The translations under genes and the position numbers were made by a program. Shown here piece by piece: positions 37,401 to 48,800 of a stretch of 64,000 nucleotides of DNA. The stretch covers positions 5,211,181 through 5,275,180 of the forward strand of contig OZ316895.1 in assembly GCA_973895155.1 (NCBI GenBank). The letters are read 5' to 3'. The stretch's first letter is position 1, and each line of letters opens with the position of its first letter. The notes beneath the pieces were generated by a model. The model ran no database searches. It saw only the letters and a list, made by a program, of their open reading frames with translations, and was not told the origin of the DNA. This stretch comes from Marsupella aquatica (taxonomy: Eukaryota; Plantae; Marchantiophyta).

Positions 37401-38619
37401 GTGTGCCACCACGGGCGCGGCTGCCATAAACCTTAACGCCGACGCGGTGACAATGCATTCCTTGTTCAGCATTCCAATACACGGAGAGCTCAGGCCTCTG
37501 CACATCATCAGTCCCCAATACCACATCTTGAGGAACAATGACGTGTTCGTCATAGACGAGGCGAGCATGCTGACACCCAAACTGTTGCGTTGCGTCTCCA
37601 CAAGACTACACGAGACACTCCAAGATGAGGACCGCTCGTCCGACCCATTCCAAAATAAGACGGTCATCCTGGTCGGAGACATGTACCAATTGCCTCCGGT
37701 TTGCACCCACCACACCAACGACATATGCAAGTCGTGCCACCTCTTGTCCTCGCCATATTTTGAGACCATGCGGAAATTTCACCTCAGCACTGTGCTCAGA
37801 CAGAGCACAGACCGGAAGTTCATGGAGTTCCTTAACAACATCCGCACAGGCCTCCCTACCCAAGAATCAATCGATGAGTGCCTGGGACGATGTTACGTGT
37901 CCAAACAAGAAGCCCATGATTTCATCGACGCCTCGACGACCGTGATATGCACACATAGAGAAACAGTCGACAACTACAATGAACGGGCATTACGGAGATA
38001 TTTTCCACGCCAAGAGATCGTGCCCGTCCCAATACTCACCAATGCCCCTTCAGACGAATCCACCCGGCCTTGGATACAAGATCCCTCCTTCCACACACTG
38101 ACGAACGTTGCAATCAGATGCAAGGTGATTCTCACACACAACATCGACCTCTCCAAGCAGGCTGCAAACGGCAATGGAGGAATCGTGGAGAAAATCACTA
38201 CAGAAGTCGAAGGCAAAATGTCAATTTTTGTGAGAATGTCTTCCAACCACTGCCTCGTAAAGATCAACCGCACGGTTCACGAGAACAAGTTCATCTCGGG
38301 ACAGCAAACCCATCGGAAATCCACTTTCCCTCTCATGCTCGGATACGCCATAACAGGTCACAAAAGCCAAGGTTGCACACTAGCGGGCAAGGTCGTGCTA
38401 GAAATAAACAGTGCATTCACACCGGGACTGGTGTACGTTATGTTGAGTAGGGTCACAAATAGAGCATCCATGCGCATTGTTGGAGATCTTACGCCACCGG
38501 ACTTCAAAGTGTTCCACTTACCAATTCGTCGTGTTCAACAAGCAGATGTCGACCACCAAAGGCAACAAGGCAGCGAAGGCATCACAACAACAATGAGAAA
38601 CAATGACAGGCGCAAATAG
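34495..38619 (+). pseudogene. Helitron-like RepHel (HUH endonuclease + PIF1 helicase), one intronless frame with 6 premature stops
   Basis: Rep motif 1 FFLTLTC, motif 2 RYELQGRGSLHAH, motif 3 YLLKYAIK. Helicase motifs GNPGSGKT, IDEASM, GDMYQLPPV, VLRQ, YAITGHKSQG, YVMLSR. All pieces are in one frame, with stops at 34681, 35149, 35515, 35830, 36163 and 37123. Confidence 0.93.
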
Positions 38620-39415
38620 CAATCCGACGAGCGCTACTCCTACAACAGTTTAGGTAAACAGTGTCCACATCATACTTCACCTTGTTGATGCAAGCGATAT
38701 ACAATGAAATGATGATACGAAAGTTGCAAGATTCATTAACATTGACGGGCACTATTGTTCTAACACATTGTTCACGTCTTTCCTATGCAGCCCATGACAG
38801 CCGTGGAGATGGCAAGGATGATCATGAGAGAGCTGCCGTCGGATGACTTCCGGACTGACGAGGAGGTAACGGCTAAACAAATTGCTTTCGGCAACGGTCT
38901 CGGAATCGAGACAACTGAGATGGTGAACGGGATCAAGAGGAGAGATCTGTCGAAGATGATCGAGGAGAGGAAAGTGTTCAAGGCAGACTTCTACGATCAT
39001 TACGGAGATAAACCGGCGACTGGTAAGCACAAAGAGAAAACCCCCAATAAAAAATGAATTCAACCATCTCATGCACACATTAAGCACTAACTCCGTGTTG
39101 AAAACAAATGCAGGTGTCATGAAGGAGATTCTTAGGTACATGGCAGTTCCGTTCGAGGAAGACCAGCTCACTTACAAGGACGGGATGCGCGAGTACATCC
39201 AGGTCACAAAGGGAGCTCGTCTAGAGCAACTGACCAGATTGAGGCATGATTTCAAGATGCCACTTGATATGTTGGTAGGGCTGACACATCAGCAATCCCA
39301 GTCCCTGATCGACAGGCTGAGGAGGAGCAGCGACCAGGGGCTGCTATCTGACGTCCCTGCCCAAACAACAACGGAACAACCCACCACATCCAAGCGCAAA
39401 TTCAACGCGATGTGA
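38546..39415 (+). pseudogene. Spliced accessory gene of the Helitron-like element (exons 38546-38653, 38791-39022, 39114-39415)
   Basis: GTAAAC..TGCAG and GTAAGC..TGCAG introns with CTAAC-type branch points join ORFs 38785 and 39071 in phase. Exon 1 carries two stops (TGA, TAG). Confidence 0.6.
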
Positions 39416-41879
39416 CAGTTGTTTCCATGATGTAGTACAAGTTTCATTTTTCAGAACAATGTGGTGTATCATGCAAAAACAAATTATGACATGTCCCAAT
39501 AAAGATACCCATTGCCGGAAACATATTTATCTATATCAAAAATAACTATCTACTTTTTAACACATTTTTTATTTGTATCAATAACTATCCACTTTTCAAT
39601 CTCAATCGAATAAAAACAGGTGGGGGTCCACGAACTAATTTCCCAAATTGTGTGACAGGCAAGTGCTAGAATCTTCCTGAGTTTCTTGTATGTTCCTTTT
39701 CTATACAGTTATATCATTTCTTTTCTATGCAGTTATATCATTTGAATAATATTTATTCATGGTAACTCATTTCATCTTATTGTGAGCCACTTATTTCTAG
39801 CTACTTATGATGATCTAATGACTTGGTAACCTGAAACCACCAAGCAAATGGGAGATAATCTTATCACGTGTTATAACAAATCAGCTTATCTATGATTCAA
39901 AGACTCTAGCTTTGGAGGTCAAGAAAAAAGAGTGCCTAAATTGATTATAGATCATATCCCTATTGTCCGTGTGCATTGCACTCTTGTAGTTGTGACCAAG
40001 TTGTCCTTGGTGTGACAATATCCCTTCTTGACACTAAAATTGTAAGATAATGAAATGAATTGCAAGTAAATCAAAGAAGTATTGTTTACCATAAAACTAA
40101 AAATCTTCTCTTTTACCCAACTTTTCATCTCCTCCCCCACGGTCTTTTTGTTGGTTGTTGGACCTCTAGGGCTTTTTGGCTCGTGGATGTTTTTGGCCCT
40201 TTGGTCTTCTTGATTTATTCCCTTTTTTCCCTCATTTATTGCGTTTTGTGCTTTTGGGATCCTCTCTCCAAGTTTAGCTTTTTTGTTCTTTGGTAGTATT
40301 ATATATTGACGGTCTTGCTGGGCTTGCTTTTTCTTTCCAACTCTGTTCCCACCTCCCAACGAAACCCCTTCCAGAAAAAGAAGGAACCATTGATTTGCAA
40401 AGTGAAGCCCTCTCACCATGGCATTGTCTTCAATAAAGCTTGACATCTGTGTTGTTCCAAGGGGACATATGTGTTGTTCCAAGGGGACATTGCCCTCATG
40501 AGAGGGCTTTCAGGTACTTGGTGTCTGAAAGGGCTTTGGGGCGCCCTGAACCCTTTAATTTAGTTACTGCACCCAACTTTTGCTTCTCCTTCTAAAATGT
40601 CCTTCTGGACTTTGCTTTTCAACTCTACTGCCCACGTACCTCCCAAGCTCTTCCAATACTAGTAAGCCTTAGCTTGTATAGTAAACCCTCTTACATTGGC
40701 AATAACATGCAGGATAAATCCTGAGGGCAGGGATGGCCAAGGTGATTTGAGGAAGATGCCAGCTGCAGTTGGCTTTACAAGAAATGGGGGCCCATTTGGG
40801 TATGGTTTTTAGATCTTACATGGCAAAGCAGTGGGCCCAAGTAAATGCTGATGCGGTGGAGTGCTGAATTTTTCTAGAATTTCAGGGTGGCTTTTCAAGA
40901 TGCCAGGCATTGACTATTTGTTTCCTCACAAATTGTGCGGCCCTTCTTGTTTTAGGATAGCTAGACACCATACCTGAGTGGCCCTATAGTTCTTGTAATG
41001 GCAACTATAGCCACTTCCATGGTTCAGATTAATCCGACGTGGAAATATAACATATCAATGACCGCCCAGTTCTTGTAAAGCCAACTGAAAAGCCATTGTT
41101 TCTTCTTAGTACCCAGGCCAGGGTACTTAGAAGAAACAATGGTCCCCCAGTTCCTGTACAAGTCACTATCCCCATATCCGCAGTCTAGATTTAATGTCAG
41201 AAACAATATGCCCCTAAATGACCTTAAAAGTTCTTGTAATTAAAGCAAACTATAGCTGTTTCCATTGTCCAGATTTAATCTCACAGCTAATTAATTAAAA
41301 CAATGGTCTCGGTCGACATTTAATCTCGAAACTAAAGCCCCGATAGACGTGCACTTTGTCTATGAAACCCACATGGACTGGCAAAGCTTGGATAACATTT
41401 TTACACTTTTGACTGAAGTGTGACCGTCTGCAGTTTGTTTCAATAACATTATCGTACCAGTTTCTTTGGTAACTTGACGACCTGACTACCTTCAACCTGA
41501 AAGATGTCAATATGTCATGCCATTCTCCGGATCACCTGATGTCTTGACTACTTTCTCCCAAAGGTAATCAAAATAGTCAGCTGCTATCCATGACCAGTTA
41601 TGTCTTCTTTTAGATGTATGAGCAACTATAGCTGTATGCAGTCCATGGGGATGGACAATGTCTTGGTCCATAAGGGGCTTTATATTATTATTAGTCTGAA
41701 TAAAAAGAAAGAATTGTCGCAGTTTTCAATCTCAACTACAGCAGTTGTCACCTTGCAGATTTAATGTTAGATTCCACATTTAATGCTAGATTTCATCTTA
41801 GAGATGGAAAAGAAGCAGGGGCCGTAGTTCTAGTAAAGCCACCCTTAGGGACTCTGCATTGTCTCTTTGTCTGTCTCCG

Positions 41880-42630
41880 CATGAACGAATCAATTCCATT
41901 CCATGGCACTACTTCACTGTGCTGGCGACAACAAGAGGGCGGCGGGTCCCGTTCCTGCATGTGAGGCAACTTTCTAAATTCTCTTCAGCTGATTAGAATC
42001 TTCGATTGAGAGCGAATGAATTCCATTCCACTGCATTGTGCTTGGGACACAGAGAGGGGCGGCGGGTCCCGTGCCTGTAATACAACTTTCGAAAATCTCT
42101 TCAGCTGCAGATTGTAATAGTCGACTGATAGCCAAAAAAAGGCATAGATTGATTCAAAGAGTGCGATCCGAACAATGACGAGGAAAGGAGTACGAGGACT
42201 TTGACGAGGGAAGGAGTACGAGGACCTTCTCAAATCTCTTCAGCTGATTATGATTGTCGACTGACAGCGCACAAACGGGTGTCGATTGATTTAAAGAGGG
42301 CCATCGGCAGCACCGAACAGTGACCAGGGAAAGAGAAAGAAGATCCCCATCTACAGCGGGTCCAGTTCCTGTGAGACAACTTTCTAAAATCGCTTCAGCT
42401 GATTATAATTGTCGACTGAGAGCGAAAAAACGGGTATAGATCGATTGATGTAACGAGTGCCATCGACAGCACCGAACAGTGACGAGGAGAAGAGTAAGTC
42501 AGAAGATTTCCAACAAGAGCGGGTCCCGTCCCTGTGAGGCAACTTTCCAAAATCTCTTCAGAGCGAAAAACTGCGTAGACTGATGCAAAGGGTGCGATCT
42601 ACAGCACCGAACAGTGACAAGGAAAAGAGG
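41880..42630 (+). repeat. Degenerate tandem/modular repeat array
   Basis: gcgggtccc..caacttt..cttcag at ~41940, 42060, 42355 and 42520; ccgaacagtgac.agga-type blocks at ~42170, 42310, 42470 and 42602. Confidence 0.8.
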
Positions 42631-45594
42631 AAACGAGAAAAAGGATCGATTGAGGAGGCAATGGAAAGTTAGTTCATCATGGATCACTCAGCGCATGTCG
42701 TGGTCAGTGCAGCGCATCGCAACGTTTGTTGGTTGGGGTCTGTCTGTCTGCTCGGGATCCCATGGGGAGCTTTTTTTTTTCTCCTCAGCAAACGTTTTAA
42801 CTTGTATTCCTGGCAAAAAGGCAGCACTCAGAACAAGCTAGGGGCAGCTCACGAAGGGGGCAACGGATGGAGAACCGCGAACCTTCGATTCGTAAAATGG
42901 TCACATTTTTGGGTCTGAAAAGCGTCTCGGTCCATCCTACAGCAGTTACATGGTTACACATTGTGATCGATCGGCGGCTCATGATGGGAATCCTAGCATT
43001 GGGATCTAGCTGCAGAAGTACTTATCTTGGATTTGAAATTTATTTGCAAGTATTGAAAGCAATTGGAGAGCATTCAAGTTTTAACTCATTTTGTGGTAGT
43101 CCCCTAACTTTTGTACCTATCTAAAACATTTTGTTTTCTTAGCAAGGACCTGATTTCCGTTCACCTAAATAAAGAACTTGCAACACAAGATCCCTTGTTA
43201 TTTCCCTTTGCCTATATCTCCTTTTTTGTGGGCCCCCATCCCTGTTTTTTTTGGCGCCCTCATTTTTAATTTTGCCTTTAGTTAGAGTCATGGTCTAGAT
43301 GCTTCACTTTACACTGACAATAGTCAAGTGGTTAATTTTTGATTGCAATTATATACTTATAGGTTTCACCATTAGTTCATTACATGGATCTAGAATTCAA
43401 TGGTTGAAATTGAGTAATAGCCTTGAGTGGTCTGCAAAAGCATCTCAGCGTTGGGAGCCAGATGTGAGCATAGGTCTGATTTAATCTGGCAACAATGCCA
43501 CGCATGGCTAATTTTAACAGCACACCCATCCTTGGTTAATTTAAGCAACGGACCCATGTTGGCAAGTGTGACACTCTAGCCAACACATGCTCAGCTTATT
43601 TTATAATCATGCCATGGCTGAAGATCAACGAGATCTTGACCTAGTCCCTATCAAAACAAGTCTTTTCATATTATGGAGGAATGGTAAAAATTACAAAATT
43701 GTTGAGGTTGATATGGAAAGTTGTGACTCCTCTCAAAGGGGTGGTGTAACAGACATGGAAACCCCTGGTGCATATTTTTTGTGGTTTTGGGGATGGTTAC
43801 GAGACATTACATATGCTGCAGGGCTATGAGCCACGGAACCCCTCTGCCAGCCTGCCCTGGGCTTTCTCAAATTTGAATGAGAACAGAGGACTGGTAAGTT
43901 GCAAAAGTGAGGTAAATGTTTCAGAAATTCACTTGGTAACTCATCACTACTTGGGGATGGGTTACCCTAGTATACCATATTTTGATGGAATTATCCCATC
44001 CCATGCTTGGACAGATGGACTTAAGAGGAACAAAGAAGATTGGTTCAATGTTCTTATGACCAAAGCACTCTTTGCTTTGTGCTCATGTGTGGTTTGGCCT
44101 TTCATTATCTATTGGAGTTTGCTTGGAATCACCTGATGATCGAATAAAGCATTCCATTCTAGACAAAGTGCTTTATTGCAAGCTCGATCTATTGCCATGG
44201 ATCTGGTCTATATCCCAATATGTTATATGTTTTGAGGTAAAAACTAAAAAATCCCTGAACTTTGGGGGTTCCCAACCAAATTGAGGGCACTCACCTCCTT
44301 GACCACCAGCAGGGGCACAAGAACGGGCCCTCCAAGAAACTGGAGGTACTGTATGTACAGTGTAATTCCATGCAGCTACAGTAGATGACACGGGACATGA
44401 CAGGCTGAGGTATTTGCCCATGTTTCAAACATTTTGGTCTGCTCTTTGTCCTGGCCCTGACCTAATATTGGGCAATATTGTTTGGAGAAAAAAAAAGCTT
44501 GACATACTGGGGATCCCCACAACATCTAGGGCACCCACCTCCCTGCCTGCAGACACCAAATGTTGATAGTTGTTGGGAAAATTGTTTATTATAACTCCTG
44601 GGGTCCGGGCACTCTTAGATGGGCCCCTAATTATGTCAGTTTGCATTTATGTGATAATTAAGAGAATGACCTCCAATTTTTTCTGAAGTGTTGAGTATTG
44701 TACTTACATGGCTTTGGTGATCGAACCCCACTTTGGGATAAGGTTTGTGCAAAAGCTTGTGATGCATGAAGTAGGTTTGCATTGCAATTATTTAGTCAGA
44801 TACCCTCTTGTGTCTACACCTTCTATGTACAATGGCAGGGCAAGAGCAAGGTTAGCATTGCATGGTAGGACCCAATAGACAAGGCACGAGAGTGATAATT
44901 GCACAATCATCAAAATGTGACATTATACACTGTAAAATGAACAACACTCAATGATTTAATGATGAATGACACTCTAAGATTTAATAATTGGGTTTGTCAT
45001 GGCATGGATCGAGTGAAATAATTACACATTGCATATTGACACATTTTGATGTGCAATTACAGGGACGCGGTGTAAGATCTGCTAGCATTGAATGGCAGGA
45101 CCTAAGGGCAGGACCTAATAAACAGGCTAGAGAAAGAAGGGACCCAATAGTCAACAATAAATCAATTTCCCACTTTGTGAGGACCTCATGGACAAAGCTA
45201 GGGAACGGCAGGACCCAATAGACAACTATCAATCTGTTTCCCACTTTGTGAGAGTAAAAAGTATTCTTCAAGAACTTCAAATATTCCTTAGTATATACGG
45301 TGTACTAGATGGACATGCAACTACGGAGATGACGGAGGTATTTGCTCATATGCCAAATACTTTGGACACATATATATATGCCTTTACACCGTCCATGTGG
45401 AACGTGTCGGGATCTTACGTATATATCTGCCTTTGCATGTCCGCTGGCGATGAAAGGCATCCAAGTTCCCTATCCTTATTGTGCTTTGAACGATTTCATC
45501 AGTGAATTTCATTCACAGAAACTGCATATACATCTCGGGCAGAGCTCGAAATGCGAAAAGCGCCTCTCAGATGCAAAACTTGCATACAATTTAA

Positions 45595-45800
45595 TAACTG
45601 CAGTGGAGATCTTAGGTGGAGAACCTTTGAGATCATGGTGACCACGGCAACTTTTTGAGATTCTGGCGTTTTATTACCTGCAGTTGGGATTTTCAGTGGA
45701 TGACCTCAGAAATCATCGTGTCAATCATGAAAACTTTTTGAGATTCAGGCGTTTTAATAGCTGCAGTTGGGGTTTTCAGTGGAGGACCTCTGAAATCATG
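45595..45800 (+). repeat. Short tandem duplication (~83-bp units)
   Basis: actttttgagattc.ggcgtttta.ta.ctgcagttggg.ttttcagtgga.gacctc.gaaatcat at ~45650 and ~45733, plus a partial upstream copy. A separate duplicated ggacccaatag..tttcccactttgtgag lies at 45139 and 45211. Confidence 0.8.
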
Positions 45801-48800
45801 GTACGTATCATGAGAAAGCGTCACAATTCGAAACTGAAGTCACAAATCGGCCGAAATTCCCATTCTACCCATTCGCAGAAACGCTATATCCATCTTGGAC
45901 AACGGATTGATTCTTTATTTGGATATGGATCAATCGAGACGGTACGTGGATGCTTGCTTGCTTGCTTGCTGCCTGCCTGCTGGACAGCATTTATTATACT
46001 ACTGAAATTGAGGATGGAAACTGGAAAGGGCAATGCAATCAGTGGAGTGAAAGTGGACCGCAACCAGTATCGGTCGTTGTCATGACTGCAGTGTCTGGCG
46101 GGCCTGGTAAACCTTGCCATGGAGATTAGATTTGCTTCACTCAGCCTCGCATCGACTGATCACTGAGTCGCCATCCGTCAATCGTCACTGGCACCCTTAT
46201 CCCTCAAATGGCTACCGGAGAGCCTTGTCAAGAAATTCCTAGTCTCATGAACACAGCGGTGGTGTCAGATCAAGCCTGGGAGATCATACAATGCTACGCT
46301 CGCTCGACCTATGAATCGGCTGTGTGAGAGGAAACACAAGAATCATGTTGGCCGGTGGAACGTATCATTCTACGATTGGTAGAGTCTACCCGTGAGTACC
46401 TCCCAATTCCAAGCTTTCAGGCTAGAATGATTGGCGTGAGAAAGGAAGATGGTCATTGTACGTCTGGTCAGTTTTTGCATCAGAATTAAGAATAGAAGAC
46501 TGACTTGGATGGGGATTAGACTGTACTACTGTAGCTTTCGCAATCAGATTGGGTAGCAATGAAGAGGTACGGGGGGACATCTAATGCTAAACAGCGAAGT
46601 TGAACAGCCAGTTTTGATTTTTATCTGTAAACTAAAACAATTGTCTATCGGACGACATGTGCTTGCCTTCCCGTGCACGGCTAATGTCAATCAGTAAAAG
46701 AATGGTCAACTTTTGCTCAAACTACTAAACCAATCAATTTCATAGCTCAATAGCCTAATTTAACATTATGGATTTTAGATCGTGTGCATATTGCATAGAA
46801 TTCACGACATCCTAGAGAAAAGAAATTAATACCTGCAAGTTGAGTGCTAAGAAACAAGGATCGGCCGTCAAGCTTGGTGAGCAACGTTTAGACGTAAATT
46901 TCTGAGAGAGTGAACTAATCCTTTTCTGGAAGCCCCTGTACCGTGGTCCCACTTACTTAGCAGTACACTGCTCCCGTGGAACAGATTTCTTCTTTCTTGC
47001 TGAGAGACTTGGGTCTGAGGTCCACTGCCTACTGGCCAATCGATCTAGCGATCCACCTTGCTGTGCATGTTTATCTAGAAGGTGTTTACAGTATTCTGGT
47101 CCTCACTGGGGATGCAGACTGCTGTCCAGCTGAGCACCATTGCACTTTGTAGCCATGGCCTATTAGGTGTATTTTCTGTCGAGAGCAGCAGCACTGCAGG
47201 TGCCAGAGTGACCTTCCGTTACAAAGATTCACACGTATTTCGAATCTTCTGCCTTAGGAGAAACTATGAATGCTCCACAGTCTACTGTACATCGGTCGTA
47301 CCACCAACGAACGTATACTTGTAACCATCCTCAGATACGAGGACATACGTACCACTGTATGTCACAATGACAGAAAAACAAATGGCGACCGTATGTACTT
47401 GTGACGTAACCAAATTATACATCCTTAGTTTAAAAGGCGATGAGATTCCCTTCTTTGTGAGTGTATACTTGTCGCGAACTTAAAACGAACAGATTCTGCA
47501 ATTGGGAGGCACTTTTTGGTTCTTGGGTGCCAGTACGTCCTTCGAGGTCCTCGATCAGACAAGGTTACCTTCCAGAACTTCGGATGATTCCATTCCCATT
47601 GTATCTTCGTGGTGGTCCACGCAAATTACGTAGGCTATGGAAAGTGATCATCAGGATTTATGTGAGTACCTGACATGATGTCATTCTAGCTTGTTCCTGG
47701 CGCAACAACCTTGCTGGTGATCGAACTGAACTCAGTCTGTACCAGAACTACAGAAGGCACGCCAAGACATATATTCATGGCTCCAATCCACAGGACATAG
47801 ATTAGCTCTACAATCATAGGTTACGCTAGGGAGTTGTTGAGCGAGCTAAGACTCACAGCAGCGTGTCTTCCACTCATCCTTGCGCGGGAGCTTTGATTCA
47901 GAAAGATGCTGGATCCCTGACCAAGTTTCAGATTTAGGCACCGTCCTAGCATGGTGATGTCTGGACCATCCATCAAACCTGCTTTTCGTCTGCTTTTTAC
48001 GCCCTCGCGACTTTCCTGGAACCAGGATCAAACATTTTCGTAGCTGATTCGAACTTTCAATGGAGACTGTAGCTGTGGTACTTACGTAGATTACAGAGCT
48101 ACCTAATTAGGCTAGTGTGGTGTACTGTAGATAGCTGCGTTGACAGCCTTATCGAGAGTAAAAGGACGAGGTTTCTTATTACCGTGTATTGGCAAGCTAG
48201 TCACTTTCTGCACCTCGGAAGATTCCCAATTAAGTATCGTTTGATCGCTCACAAGACAGTGAAGCAATTTCACGGTCTTTCAAATTGGGACTCTACTCTT
48301 AGTCCTCATCCCTATCTGACTTCTGAACTTTTGTCATTTCCCTGACTTCCTGCCCTCCTGGATGGGTTTCCAGCGCTTTCTCACGTCATGTATTTCGTCG
48401 ATTCTCGTGGTCGCTATCATGTCCAGATCTCAAGGCCGAATAGGGTCGCTGGCCTTGGCATGGGCCGGATCAGTCTCATCTCTGGCGCATGCAAAAGCTG
48501 GTCCGAGGTGGACTCAATAGCAACGTATCACCGATAATTGTGTTCTTTCGTACATTGTCAATCAATCATAATATACGATCGAGACCTGCACTCTACATCT
48601 CAAACATGAGTCATACGGGAGAGTGCCTTTCGTGACCTTTGACGTGTTTCAAACATCGTCTGAATGTACGGGGCTGCTGTAGACGACATTTAAAACTTAA
48701 ATATTAGTAGAGAAATCTGAGATTGCAAGGCACAGGTTGCCGTGTTTGTTTACGACAATTAAATCCAACAATCTGTGTACTGACGTCAATTGAGACCTTC

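Noticed and set aside
36676-37769. Long antisense ORFs opposite RepHel, and similar ones opposite the gypsy and ERF ORFs
   Set aside because: Shadow ORFs of the coding strand with no motifs of their own.
33636-39669. Candidate Helitron termini: TTGCCTGT (33636-33643) versus ACAGGCAA (39655-39662), and CTAG at 39666
   Set aside because: An 8-bp match with no convincing 3' hairpin could be chance; the ends cannot be fixed without other copies.
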